From positions 1,654,961 through 1,718,960 of the forward strand of contig CAWBOS010000010.1 in assembly GCA_963790475.1 (NCBI GenBank): a DNA stretch of 64,000 bases. Direction: 5' to 3'. The position numbers and the translations under genes are program-made. Positions 1 through 8,896 of this stretch are shown in pieces. The notes under the pieces were generated by a model that was not told where the DNA came from, did no database searches, and saw only the letters and a program-made list of their open reading frames with translations. The stretch's first letter is position 1. Each line of letters starts with the position of its first letter. This stretch comes from an uncultured delta proteobacterium (lineage in GTDB: Bacteria; Desulfobacterota; RBG-13-43-22).

Positions 1-99
1 CTGTTTCCAAATGAGGGTCAGAACCAGGGTAAAAATTTGGATCTTACCGGAACTGGGTGTTTTCTTGGGTGGATCTTTTGAGGCATGGAGCTGGGCCAT
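1..99 (-). CDS. hypothetical protein, N-terminal end only (gene runs off the left edge)
   Basis: Minus-strand ATG at 97-99 is preceded by GAGGAG. The frame stays open to the window edge (MAQLHASKDPPKKTPSSGKIQIFTLVLTLIWKQ...) and has a hydrophobic stretch. No family recognised. Confidence 0.25.
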   Translation of the reverse strand, partial: MAQLHASKDPPKKTPSSGKIQIFTLVLTLIWKQ

Positions 100-381
100 A
101 AATCTCCTCAAGATCTGAAGGAAGAGGGTTGTTGGATTGAGGGTGCTGGGGACTTATTAACATAACCGCCTAATTTGTCAAGAAATTAGTTTTTGCCGTT
201 GGCAATATTCGACATTAGATCAAATAGGTTTCGTGGTTCGACCCCGATTTGCACGCCCCAATTTCTTATCTTTACAAAGAGAAATAATTTATCTAATTTA
301 AATTATTTAAATTAAAAATGACCGTAAGACCGGTCAAAACATTTCTAAAATGATGATATACTACAGAAAGGAGAATCTGGT

Positions 382-1683
382 ATGCGGATACTGTTTGTCT
401 CGACCAATCGATCCAGAGCTGCCATGTTACCGATGCCGCTGGGACTGGCCTCCATCATTGCCCAGATGCATGAAGCGCGACACGAGATCAGAGCGCTTGA
501 CCTGATGTTTTGCGATCAGCCCGAAGCAGAATTAATGCAAACCTTGGCAGGTTTTAAACCCCAGATAATCGCCCTTTCCATCAGAAACCTGGATAATCAA
601 AGCTGTCTCAATACAGAATACTATCTACCCCTGGAAAAAAAATTCGTTGAACTGTGCCGGGAAAACTCCCGGGCAACCCTTATCATTGGCGGAGCGGCCT
701 TTACCGTCAGTCCGGTGGCGGTTTTTGGATATCTTGAGCCCGACTTTGGAGTTATCGGCGAAGGCGAAACCGTATTTCCGAAACTGGTCGATCGAATAGA
801 ACAAGGCTCCGATTGCACCGATCTGCCGGGACTGGTCTGGAGAGATGCCGGTGGCATTCGACATAATCCGCACGCATTCGTCACCGACCTGGACGCACTG
901 AAGCCTCCGCGCCGGGATCTGTTCGATAATCAGCGATACGCCAAGGAAAGGGGCATGGCCAATATCGTGGTGAAACAGGGCTGCCCATTCGGGTGTCTCT
1001 ATTGTGACAGCCCGCATGTTATGGGTAAACACTGGCGGATGAAATCTCCGCAAACCGTAGCGGCGGAGCTGGAATCGATCCAGAAGGACATTGGTGTTAA
1101 GATGTTGTATTTTACTGATGCCATTTTCAATCATCCGGTAGAACATGCCAAAGCCATCTGCCAGGCTATTATCGATCGCGGACTGAGCATTCGTTGGGTG
1201 GCAACCTTACATCCTGCCTTTGCAGACCATTCACTCCTGGAATTGATGAAGAAAGCCGGCTGTGTGGTGGCTTCATCCAGTTGTGACACTTGCTCTGAAA
1301 AGATGCTCCAGGTCATGCGAAAGGGATTCACCAAGGATGAATTAAAGTCCTGCCTGATCATGCTGGAAGAGATGCAAATAAGTTACATCCCCTCCCTGCT
1401 GTTCGGCGCTCCCGGGGAGAACAGGGAAACGGTGGAAGAGTCCATCCGATTCCTCGAAGAACGAAAACCCATGATGCTGGATTTCTGCGCGGGGATAAGG
1501 TTAATGCCCCATACACCGCTGTTCGACATTGCGGTCAGCGAGGGCGTTATTTCTGCCGACGACCCGCTCATGGAGCCCAGGTTCTACATCAGCCCCGATA
1601 TCGCAGACTGGATCGAGGAATACCTCACGAAGATTTGTTCCACCCATGAAAAATGGAATGTGAACTGGAGAAACAAGCCGTGA
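382..1683 (+). CDS. B12-binding domain-containing radical SAM protein
   Basis: The N-terminal Rossmann-like B12-binding region (MRILFVSTN...LGLASIIA) is followed by the CxxxCxxC motif GCPFGCLYCDS. A GGAG RBS lies upstream of the ATG. Confidence 0.85.
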   Translation: MRILFVSTNRSRAAMLPMPLGLASIIAQMHEARHEIRALDLMFCDQPEAELMQTLAGFKPQIIALSIRNLDNQSCLNTEYYLPLEKKFVELCRENSRATLIIGGAAFTVSPVAVFGYLEPDFGVIGEGETVFPKLVDRIEQGSDCTDLPGLVWRDAGGIRHNPHAFVTDLDALKPPRRDLFDNQRYAKERGMANIVVKQGCPFGCLYCDSPHVMGKHWRMKSPQTVAAELESIQKDIGVKMLYFTDAIFNHPVEHAKAICQAIIDRGLSIRWVATLHPAFADHSLLELMKKAGCVVASSSCDTCSEKMLQVMRKGFTKDELKSCLIMLEEMQISYIPSLLFGAPGENRETVEESIRFLEERKPMMLDFCAGIRLMPHTPLFDIAVSEGVISADDPLMEPRFYISPDIADWIEEYLTKICSTHEKWNVNWRNKP

Positions 1684-2034
1684 TGACCTTTAATAGAAGC
1701 ATCAGTATAAAAACACGTCATCAAAGAACCCCGTGGTTATGATCTGCGGCTTACCCAAGGAATATGAATAAGAAGGGGAGAAAAAGGACCGCGATTTTCA
1801 GGCGTCGCTCTTGATTTTTTTAAAGGTGGACATATCTTTATAACATGAGATAAAAAAGCAGTTTCCCGAATTGCCATTTTTTCTCGATTGAAAACTACAG
1901 ATCAGGGTCAATATGGGTTATCAACGAAAACCACAATCAAATTTCACTTAAAATACCTAACCCGGACAAGCCGGAACCATAGTTGAAATATTGTAACATG
2001 TGGTGGATTCGTAAAAAGTCGCCGAAAGCCTATT

Positions 2035-2123
2035 TTCGTCATTCCCTTGAAAAAGGGAATCCAGTGTTTTTAATAAGTTGAGAATAGCCTGGATTCCCGC
2101 CTCCGCGGGAATGACGACGAAAT
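2035..2123. repeat. Palindromic intergenic repeat, family A copy 1 (two mini-hairpins in inverted orientation)
   Basis: Left arm TTTCGTCATTCCCTTGAAAAAGGGAATCCAG and right arm CTGGATTCCCGCCTCCGCGGGAATGACGACGAAA. The same architecture recurs at 19112-19244 and 39682-39767. It generates the spurious ORF 1957-2223 (..VIPAEAGIQ..). Confidence 0.8.
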
Positions 2124-2176
2124 ATTCTATCCAATTTGAGTAGAATTCTATTCCTAAGTTACTAAAGGAAAAAGTG

Positions 2177-2470
2177 ATGATTGAGATAACGATAACGGAA
2201 ACAGCGAAAATTGAACTTTCCAAGGTACTGAGATATTTTGATGCTCAATCCGTTCGGTTGATTCAGAAAGGCTATGGTTGAACCGGCCCCAGATTGGCAA
2301 TGGTTCTGGATGAACCAAGAGAAGAAGATGAAATCGTGCATTTACAAGACTTCGAGTTCGTTTATAATAAACACGAGAAAGATTTATTTAATCAAACTCT
2401 TATAGACTATAAAGATTCCTGGTATGGTGAAGGTTTTACGGTCTGCTCTCCGACCTCCGAGCCATGTTGA
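2177..2470 (+). CDS. HesB/IscA-like small protein with in-frame UGA at 2279-2281 (candidate selenocysteine); 97 codons
   Basis: My translation is MIEITITETAKIELSKVLRYFDAQSVRLIQKGYG-U-TGPRLAMVLDEPREEDEIVHLQDFEFVYNKHEKDLFNQTLIDYKDSWYGEGFTVCSPTSEPC. The UGA sits where HesB/IscA proteins carry the cluster-ligand Cys (G-G-C-x-G). The frame is coding-like on both sides. The ORF track missed it because the TGA splits it. Confidence 0.7.
2289..2317 (+). promoter_or_regulatory. Candidate bacterial SECIS hairpin(s) just downstream of the UGA
   Basis: Two by-eye stem-loops: CCAGA(2289-2293)/UCUGG(2305-2309), and a perfect 6-bp stem UGGUUC(2301-2306)/GAACCA(2312-2317) with a G-containing loop UGGAU. They lie 10-35 nt after the UGA. 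Not energy-evaluated. Confidence 0.4.
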
Positions 2471-2893
2471 AATAGATAGCAGTAGGGATCATAAATCGGG
2501 GACAGCCACTCTTTTTTAAATGAAAACAATGAATCAGGATTTTAGTGTTCACGAAGCGTATCTGAAAATGAAAAGAGGGAGGTTGTTCATTTCATTCACT
2601 TTAGGTTTATTAAATTTTATCTGCAGATAACAGAAAAAAAATTTTCAATACTTTTATTCTAGCCATGTCCGTAACTGAAGGAGGAGATTTTAATATTCTC
2701 TTCCACAGATAAAGGGAAAACTGAGGATGAGGAGATATCTCAATTCATTTTTTTCCTTTAATAAGGTTATCATATTTATCCGGATTTTCCAAAAAATGAA
2801 TTAGTGAATGAAATTAACGACTTCCCGTTTTAAGTATTTTATGAGCAACTGAAAATCAACATGAAAAAACCAAGGGCAGCAAGGCGATGGGTT

Positions 2894-4240
2894 TCAACCG
2901 TCCCTGATCGAGACACTAATTTCATCATAATCCGGTAGATCAGTCTCGACATTTCGAACCACTGGAATTATGTATCCGCTCACACTGGCCAACATTCCTG
3001 ATACAGCTGTGCAAAGAAACATTATTGCAATCCCGGCCCCCGGGCCGGTGCCTACAAGCCAACCAAAGGTATCCGCTAAAAGGCCCCCGGAAGACATGGC
3101 CGGTTCAAATAGGCGATCTGCTAACGGCCCTGCAAGAATATAGGCTAATGGAAGGCTCATCTGCTGTGCCATTCCCTGAACGGAGAATACTCGTCCCTGG
3201 GCATTGGGAGCGACCTTTTTCTGCCATAGGGAACGATTGGCGCTGTCAATTAGCGGTATGAACAGGGCTGATAAAAAGGCCGCCGATGTCCAGACCGGAA
3301 TACTGCGACCCGTTGCAAAAAGAATATCACCTAATATGAAAGATGCTCCTGCCCCCGCAAGAATTCCGTGGATTAGTCGTTTTGGCCCTCCCCAGAGAGT
3401 TACTATTGTGGCTCCAACGATCCCACCAACACCAAGGGTGGCCTGAACCGTTGCCAGCGCCATTTCATTACCACTGCTTCGAGCAAGGATCAATACAGGC
3501 AGGATCGAAAAATAGGTTAGACCCGCAAAAAAGTTTATGCCTGAGAAGATTAACAAGAGCCCTAATAATCCCCTGCGTTGAAGAATGTATCGAAAACCGA
3601 AACTGAAATTCTGCCAAAAAGAAGAGCAAGTCGTTCTATCCGTGGACTCAGGCGCAGGGTTAGGAATATGAATTACTAATAAGGTGCTGACTGCCATCAA
3701 AAATGTAATGATGTCGATCAGCATTATTCCATTAATATGGATCACGTAAATTAAAATACCGGCCAAAATTGGGGCAAATACCTGCGCCATATAATCAGCG
3801 AGCGACCAGAGTGCGCTGGCTCTTGTGTATTGAGTTTTTGCCACCAAGCAGGTTATTGCGGCCCTATAAGCAGGGACCTGAAACGCCATAAACAATCCAG
3901 CAATAGTCCGGCTCAAATATATGTGCCATATCCGCAAATCGCCATTGAGATAAAAGAACAGGATCGCTGTTGTCATTAGACCTTCTCCGATATCACTCAG
4001 GATAAGAACAAAACGCCGGTTAAAGCGATCGACCACTATTCCTGCCAATGGGCTGATGAGGATATACGGCACAAAGGTAAAAAAGCCTACTAAAGCTAAT
4101 GTAGTCGCCCTGCCTGTCTGCTGATAGGCCCATATTAAAAGCGCGAAACGTGTCATACCTGTTCCCGATATGGATATCAACCGACCTAACCATATAATGA
4201 TAAATGTTTGCCAATTACTGACATATTGATTCTTGAACAT
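2894..4240 (-). CDS. MFS transporter (12-TMS type)
   Basis: 448 aa and highly hydrophobic, with the DRFNRR loop after TM2 that is typical of MFS_3/EntS-like exporters. Confidence 0.8.
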   Translation of the reverse strand: MFKNQYVSNWQTFIIIWLGRLISISGTGMTRFALLIWAYQQTGRATTLALVGFFTFVPYILISPLAGIVVDRFNRRFVLILSDIGEGLMTTAILFFYLNGDLRIWHIYLSRTIAGLFMAFQVPAYRAAITCLVAKTQYTRASALWSLADYMAQVFAPILAGILIYVIHINGIMLIDIITFLMAVSTLLVIHIPNPAPESTDRTTCSSFWQNFSFGFRYILQRRGLLGLLLIFSGINFFAGLTYFSILPVLILARSSGNEMALATVQATLGVGGIVGATIVTLWGGPKRLIHGILAGAGASFILGDILFATGRSIPVWTSAAFLSALFIPLIDSANRSLWQKKVAPNAQGRVFSVQGMAQQMSLPLAYILAGPLADRLFEPAMSSGGLLADTFGWLVGTGPGAGIAIMFLCTAVSGMLASVSGYIIPVVRNVETDLPDYDEISVSIRDG

Positions 4241-4335
4241 TTTTTATACTCCATTTTAGCCGCCCGCTTGGATCGGCGAGACGCAAAGAGCGCTGAAGAC
4301 AATATGTTTTAACGTTGGTGCTGTTTCTTCAGAAC

Positions 4336-4370
4336 AAAAAAAAACGGCTGCGGGAGTGTACCCGCAGCCG
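4336..4370 (-). terminator. Rho-independent terminator (minus strand)
   Basis: 10-bp GC-rich stem CGGCTGCGGG/CCCGCAGCCG with a 6-nt loop. On the minus strand it is followed by a run of 9 T (A-run 4336-4344 on plus). Confidence 0.75.
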
Positions 4371-4811
4371 TTTGTGTAGCTGTATTTATTTAATTTATTA
4401 TGTCAAAAAAAGGGCACACCTCTGGCGTTGAAATAGAAGTGGCCTCCAATGGTTAATAATATGTATTCATGTGGAATCATATAATTCTTTAGGTATGTTA
4501 AATACTTCTCCTTTTGAATTAAGAGGAAGTTTATCATGCTTAATAGAAAAGTCAATCTTTTTGTGAGTTAGGGTCTCGCTCTTGGCTCTTAATCGTTCTT
4601 TTGGATAAACAGAAACAACCCAATGGCAAAAAACCATCACAACATTTTTTTCCTTGACCACGGTTTTTTCGTTCCTTAGAGAAGTTCATCTTAGTGGAAG
4701 GAATTCCGATGGAGGAAATCTTCAACGAAAAATAATGAAAGTAATCTTTTCAAAATTAGCCAAGCCGATCAGGAGTGCGGTGACCATCTGTCTGAATTGA
4801 ACCTGCTTATT

Positions 4812-4943
4812 TTAGTTTATCCCTTCTCTTTTCCGGTGGCCAACCATTGCCGGAAAAGTTCGTAAATATCTTTTCGCGGGCCCAAGTAGTGATTTAATTT
4901 GCTTGCTGGAAGTTTCAGAATAAAGCAGGCGATAGGAAGGCAT
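4812..4943 (-). pseudogene. Decayed RelE/ParE-like toxin remnant downstream of the Phd/YefM antitoxin
   Basis: The ATG overlaps the antitoxin stop (TAATG). The 43-codon ORF MPSYRLLYSETSSKQIKSLLGPAKRYL... resembles a RelE-family N-terminus but ends early. No toxin core follows in any frame. Confidence 0.4.
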
Positions 4944-5218
4944 TATTCTTTCCAGGCCGAATCATGGTCCAACACTCGGCCTTCTTTAAAATCTTTTTTT
5001 GAGGCCTGTAGAGCAGTTATTATCTTTCGGTCACTCAAAACCTCGATCGTCTCCAGGAGACCTTCATACCGGGATAGCGACATCATCACCCCGATGGGCT
5101 CACCATTCTTGGTCAGGGCAATCGTCTCCTCTTCCTTTTCCATATTTTTAAGAATATCAAGAAGGTTTCTTTTTACTTTGGTAACGGGCAGAATTTTCTG
5201 GAAATCTTCCATGGGCAC
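4943..5218 (-). CDS. Type II antitoxin, Phd/YefM family
   Basis: 91 aa. The signature ..ILPVTKVKRNLLDILKNMEKEEETIALTKNGEPIGVMMSLSRYEGLLETIEVLSD is typical of Phd/YefM. Confidence 0.85.
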   Translation of the reverse strand: MPMEDFQKILPVTKVKRNLLDILKNMEKEEETIALTKNGEPIGVMMSLSRYEGLLETIEVLSDRKIITALQASKKDFKEGRVLDHDSAWKE

Positions 5219-5288
5219 TCCTGAATGATATTTTTAATGACCATTATAATTTTCAAATTAAATTTGTCAACAAACAATTAAACAGGAT

Positions 5289-5334
5289 AAAAAAACCCCC
5301 GATGGACTATAAATTAGCCCTCGGGGGTTTTTTT
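5289..5334. terminator. Bidirectional rho-independent terminator (ends the metK-ahcY unit)
   Basis: Stem CCCCCGA/TCGGGGG is flanked by an A-run (5289-5295) and a T-run (5328-5334). Confidence 0.7.
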
Positions 5335-5462
5335 ATCAATTTCATATTCCTAAGAAGCGTCCCGAATCCTGATAATAGCTTCATTGGGGTGATAGGCGAT
5401 GGGGTTTAGGAGATCAGAGTCCCCGGTTTTTCTCCGAGTCCCCGTCTCACCCCGTCAATGTT

Positions 5463-6761
5463 TTACGTCCCCATCTCCCAGGAGGCCAGATATTTTTTCT
5501 GCTCGGCGGTCAGGTTGTCTATCTTGATTCCCATCGAGGCCAGCTTGAGCCGGGCGATTTCCCGGTCGATCTCTTCCGGAACGCCATAAACCATCTTCTT
5601 CAAGGTCTTGCCCTTTTGAACCATATATTCGGCACATAAGGCCTGATTGGCAAAACTCATATCCATCACGCTGGGAGGATGGCCCTCGGCCGCGGCCAGA
5701 TTAATCAACCGGCCTTCCCCCAGGACATTGATCTTCTTTCCGCTGTTGAGTGTATATTCTTCCACATATTCCCGAATGAAGCGTCGTTTCTTGCTGATCT
5801 GACCCAGGGATTTCAGGTCCAGCTCGACATTAAAATGTCCCGAATTGGCCACGATGGCCCCGTTTTTCATGGTCAGGAAATGCTCCCTGCGAATCACATT
5901 GATATCCCCGGTCAGGGTGACAAGGATATCCCCCACCTTGGCCGCTTCAGCCACCGGCATCACTCGGAAGCCGTCCATAACCGCTTCCAAGGCCTTGAGG
6001 GCATCCACTTCAACAATAATGACATCGGCTCCCATGCCCTTGGCCCGCATGGCCACACCCCTTCCACACCAGCCGTACCCGCAGATCACAAACTTACTCC
6101 CGGCCAGCAGCCGGTTGGTGGCCCGGATAATCCCGTCAATCGTGCTTTGTCCGGTACCGTAGCGGTTATCAAAAAGATGTTTGGTCTTGGCGTCGTTGAC
6201 AGCGACAATCGGATAGGAGAGCACTTTTTTTTCAGCCATGCTCCGCAGACGGATCACGCCGGTAGTGGTTTCCTCCGTTCCTCCCAGAATCCCTTTAATC
6301 AAGCCCCTTTTCTCGGAGTGAATCGTGGACACCAGATCGGCCCCGTCATCCATGGTCAGATGAGGTTTTATCTCCAGGGCCTGATAGATATGCTTATAAT
6401 AGGTTTGGCCATCCTCCCCTTTGATGGAAAAGACCTGGACTTGGTCTTGTTGAACCAGGGCCGCGGCCACATCATCCTGGGTGCTTAACGGATTGGAGGC
6501 ACACAAGGCCACTTCCGCCCCTCCGGCCTTCAGGGTTCGGATCAGGCCGGCGGTCTCGGTGGTTACATGAAGACAGGCCGCCAGGCGAACCCCCTTCAAG
6601 GGTTTTTCTTTAGCAAACCGTTTCCGGATACTTTCCAGGACCGGCATACTCTGATTGGCCCATTCGATACGTAAGGCCCCGGAAGCGGCCAGATTTAAAT
6701 CTTTGACATCGTATTTCACTTTAAGTTCCTTTCCTTGATAAAATATGGGTTTAAGGTCCAA
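5463..6761 (-). CDS. ahcY: Adenosylhomocysteinase
   Basis: 432 aa with family-typical blocks (CNIFSTQD-like [17 protein letters not shown] site [13 protein letters not shown]-terminal KLT..Q..YL). Adjacent to metK. Confidence 0.95.
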   Translation of the reverse strand: MDLKPIFYQGKELKVKYDVKDLNLAASGALRIEWANQSMPVLESIRKRFAKEKPLKGVRLAACLHVTTETAGLIRTLKAGGAEVALCASNPLSTQDDVAAALVQQDQVQVFSIKGEDGQTYYKHIYQALEIKPHLTMDDGADLVSTIHSEKRGLIKGILGGTEETTTGVIRLRSMAEKKVLSYPIVAVNDAKTKHLFDNRYGTGQSTIDGIIRATNRLLAGSKFVICGYGWCGRGVAMRAKGMGADVIIVEVDALKALEAVMDGFRVMPVAEAAKVGDILVTLTGDINVIRREHFLTMKNGAIVANSGHFNVELDLKSLGQISKKRRFIREYVEEYTLNSGKKINVLGEGRLINLAAAEGHPPSVMDMSFANQALCAEYMVQKGKTLKKMVYGVPEEIDREIARLKLASMGIKIDNLTAEQKKYLASWEMGT

Positions 6762-6865
6762 GGTATACGGTTAAATAAGGAGCAATATCGGCTTAAGATT
6801 TTCCTTGAACCTCCTGCCCCTGCGGGCCTGCAGGCGCAGGCCTTGAACCTTGAACATCTTTTTGA

Positions 6866-8038
6866 TTATTTCTTCAATCCCGCCCGTTCTCGGAGGATTT
6901 CGATTTTATCTGTTTTTTCCCAGGAAAAACCGGGTTCATTCCTGCCGAAATGGCCGTAGGCAGCGGTTTTCTTATAGATGGGTCTTAACAAATCGAGATA
7001 AGAAATCACGTCCGCCGGTTTAAAACTGAAAATCTGTCTTATGATCTGATTGATATTGAAGTCCGGGATTTTTCCGGTACCCCGCGTATCCACAAAAATG
7101 GAAAGGGGTTCGGCTTTACCGATGGTATATGAAACCTGGAGTCGGCAGGTATCGGCCAATCCGGCTGCGACCACGTTTTTGGCCACATAACGGGCCATAT
7201 AGGAGGAACTGCGATCCACCTTCGAGGGATCCTTGCCGGAAAAGGCCCCGCCGCCATGGCTTCCGCGGCCACCATAGGTGTCGGCAATGATCTTGCGCCC
7301 GGTCACACCACAATCCCCCATGGGCCCGCCAACCACAAAACGTCCGGTGGTGTTTATAAAATATTGGGTTTTTTTGGTCAGGAGCTTGGGCGGAATGACC
7401 TTTTTGATGACCGTTTCAATAATACCTTCCTGTAATTTTTTGTAACTTATATCGGGATTGTGCTGGGCGGCAATGACCACGGCCGGTATGGATACCGGCT
7501 TCCCATTTTGATATTCCACGGTCACCTGGGTTTTGCCGTCCGGCCGCAGAAAATTAAGGATTTTCTTTTTCCGAACCTCAGCCAGTCGTTTGGCCAAAAG
7601 ATGGGCATACCAGATGGGCATGGGCATAAAATCTTTGGTCTCCGTGCAGGCATAGCCGAACATCATCCCCTGATCCCCGGCCCCTTGTTCTTTTTTCTCT
7701 CCCAGGTTGTTGACCCCCTGGGCAATGTCCGGAGATTGTTTGTCGATAGTGGTCAGGACCGCACAGGTTTCCCAATCAAATCCCATGGAAGAATCGTTAT
7801 ACCCGATTTCCTTGATGGTCTGGCGAACGATCTTGGGCATATCCGCATAGCAAGAGGTGGTGATCTCTCCGGCGATCAAAGCCAGGCCGGTGGTGACCAT
7901 GGTCTCACAGGCCACCCGCCCTTTGGGATCTTCGGCCAAAATAGCATCCAAAATAGCATCAGAAATCTGATCGGCCACCTTGTCCGGATGCCCTTCGGTA
8001 ACCGACTCCGAGGTAAAAAAATAATTCGAACTGCTCAT
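6866..8038 (-). CDS. metK: S-adenosylmethionine synthetase
   Basis: 390 aa with [37 protein letters not shown] and [16 protein letters not shown]. Confidence 0.97.
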   Translation of the reverse strand: MSSSNYFFTSESVTEGHPDKVADQISDAILDAILAEDPKGRVACETMVTTGLALIAGEITTSCYADMPKIVRQTIKEIGYNDSSMGFDWETCAVLTTIDKQSPDIAQGVNNLGEKKEQGAGDQGMMFGYACTETKDFMPMPIWYAHLLAKRLAEVRKKKILNFLRPDGKTQVTVEYQNGKPVSIPAVVIAAQHNPDISYKKLQEGIIETVIKKVIPPKLLTKKTQYFINTTGRFVVGGPMGDCGVTGRKIIADTYGGRGSHGGGAFSGKDPSKVDRSSSYMARYVAKNVVAAGLADTCRLQVSYTIGKAEPLSIFVDTRGTGKIPDFNINQIIRQIFSFKPADVISYLDLLRPIYKKTAAYGHFGRNEPGFSWEKTDKIEILRERAGLKK

Positions 8039-8066
8039 ATGCAGGTCCTCCTTTTGAAAAATTTCC

Positions 8067-8096
8067 TTATAATAAACATCGTCTGCTTTTTGTCAA
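8067..8096 (-). promoter_or_regulatory. Sigma70-like promoter of metK
   Basis: On the minus strand, TTGACA (8096-8091) is followed by a 16-18 nt spacer and TATTAT/ATTATA (about 8074-8068). It lies about 30 nt upstream of the AGGAGG RBS. Confidence 0.5.
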
Positions 8097-8190
8097 GCGA
8101 ATAATGTCCAATAGTCAAGAGAATCAAACCCTTTTGCCCTAACCATTCCCCAATTCCCGGCAATCCTCAAGAATCCATCCGGAGTCTTTT

Positions 8191-8829
8191 CTAAGACCTC
8201 TTTTTTTGAACCAGCTTGACTATCCATTCGATAATCGTCGGAAAATCGACCATGCTGGAATCAACGGAAAGATGAAAGTTTCGGGCATCCAGCCAATCCA
8301 CTCCGGCCATATCCCGGACAAATTTGGCCTTGGCATGGTCCGATTCTTTGACTCTGGCCTGTACTTCCTGCTGGTCGGCTGTCTTTTGACCCTCCATTAT
8401 TCGTCTGACACGAAACGGCCGTGGGGCATGGATTAAGACCCTGATCACCTCAGGTCGGTCTTTCAGGGCATAGAATCCTCCTCGTCCCAGGATAACGGCA
8501 TTATACCGTTCGGCAATCTCGTTCATGATTTTGCCTTCCACGGTGAACAATTCCTTATGGTCAACCGGCCGCCTCTGGGGAAGAGGAACGGAAATTTCCG
8601 GTATGCCGAAAGAGAATCCTTTCATAAGCGTCTCCAGGAAGGTCGCCGATCTTTCATCGAGGTATTGAAGGGCTCCGGGGTCCGTCCCCAGACGGTCTGC
8701 GGCCTGTCGCAGGATTTCCCTATCGACATATTGGAAACCGAGTTCTTTGGCCACCGAATACCCGATAAAAGAACCGCCGCTCCCCATCTGTCTCGACAAG
8801 GTTATGGTCATAGGTTTTTTTTCCGCCAT
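8191..8829 (-). CDS. Cytidylate kinase-like family protein (P-loop)
   Basis: 212 aa. The N-terminal ITLSRQMGSGGSFIG P-loop variant is typical of the Cytidylate_kin2 family. Confidence 0.65.
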   Translation of the reverse strand: MAEKKPMTITLSRQMGSGGSFIGYSVAKELGFQYVDREILRQAADRLGTDPGALQYLDERSATFLETLMKGFSFGIPEISVPLPQRRPVDHKELFTVEGKIMNEIAERYNAVILGRGGFYALKDRPEVIRVLIHAPRPFRVRRIMEGQKTADQQEVQARVKESDHAKAKFVRDMAGVDWLDARNFHLSVDSSMVDFPTIIEWIVKLVQKKRS

Positions 8830-8896
8830 AGATCCTCCCTCTTTGCTAAACGTTTCACAACGACATACCGGTTATTGGCCGATATCTCTAAGGACA

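Noticed and set aside
221-250. GGTTCGACCCC resembling a tRNA T-loop.
   Set aside because: The flanking bases cannot form a T-stem or acceptor stem, and no D or anticodon arms lie upstream. It is not a tRNA or a convincing tRNA fragment.
1957-2223. 88-codon minus-strand ORF (..VIPAEAGIQAILN..).
   Set aside because: It is a read-through of the family A palindromic repeat. It has no RBS and overlaps the start of the HesB-like gene, so it is a typical spurious repeat-derived ORF.
4467-4661. 64-codon minus-strand ORF downstream of the toxin remnant.
   Set aside because: It has no RBS and no family resemblance, and it sits in AT-rich spacer DNA. It could be real but is unsupported.
5679-6488. 269-codon plus-strand ORF.
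   Set aside because: It is entirely antisense to the well-supported ahcY gene. The composition is low-complexity (Gly/His/Pro-rich) and there is no RBS.
7460-8104. 214-codon plus-strand ORF.
   Set aside because: It is antisense to metK, and the mirror-frame ORF has no independent support.
8039-8190. Possible SAM riboswitch upstream of metK.
   Set aside because: The promoter-like TTGACA/TATTAT leaves only about 30 nt of leader, and I saw no SAM-I/II/IV-like conserved helices in the 150-nt spacer.
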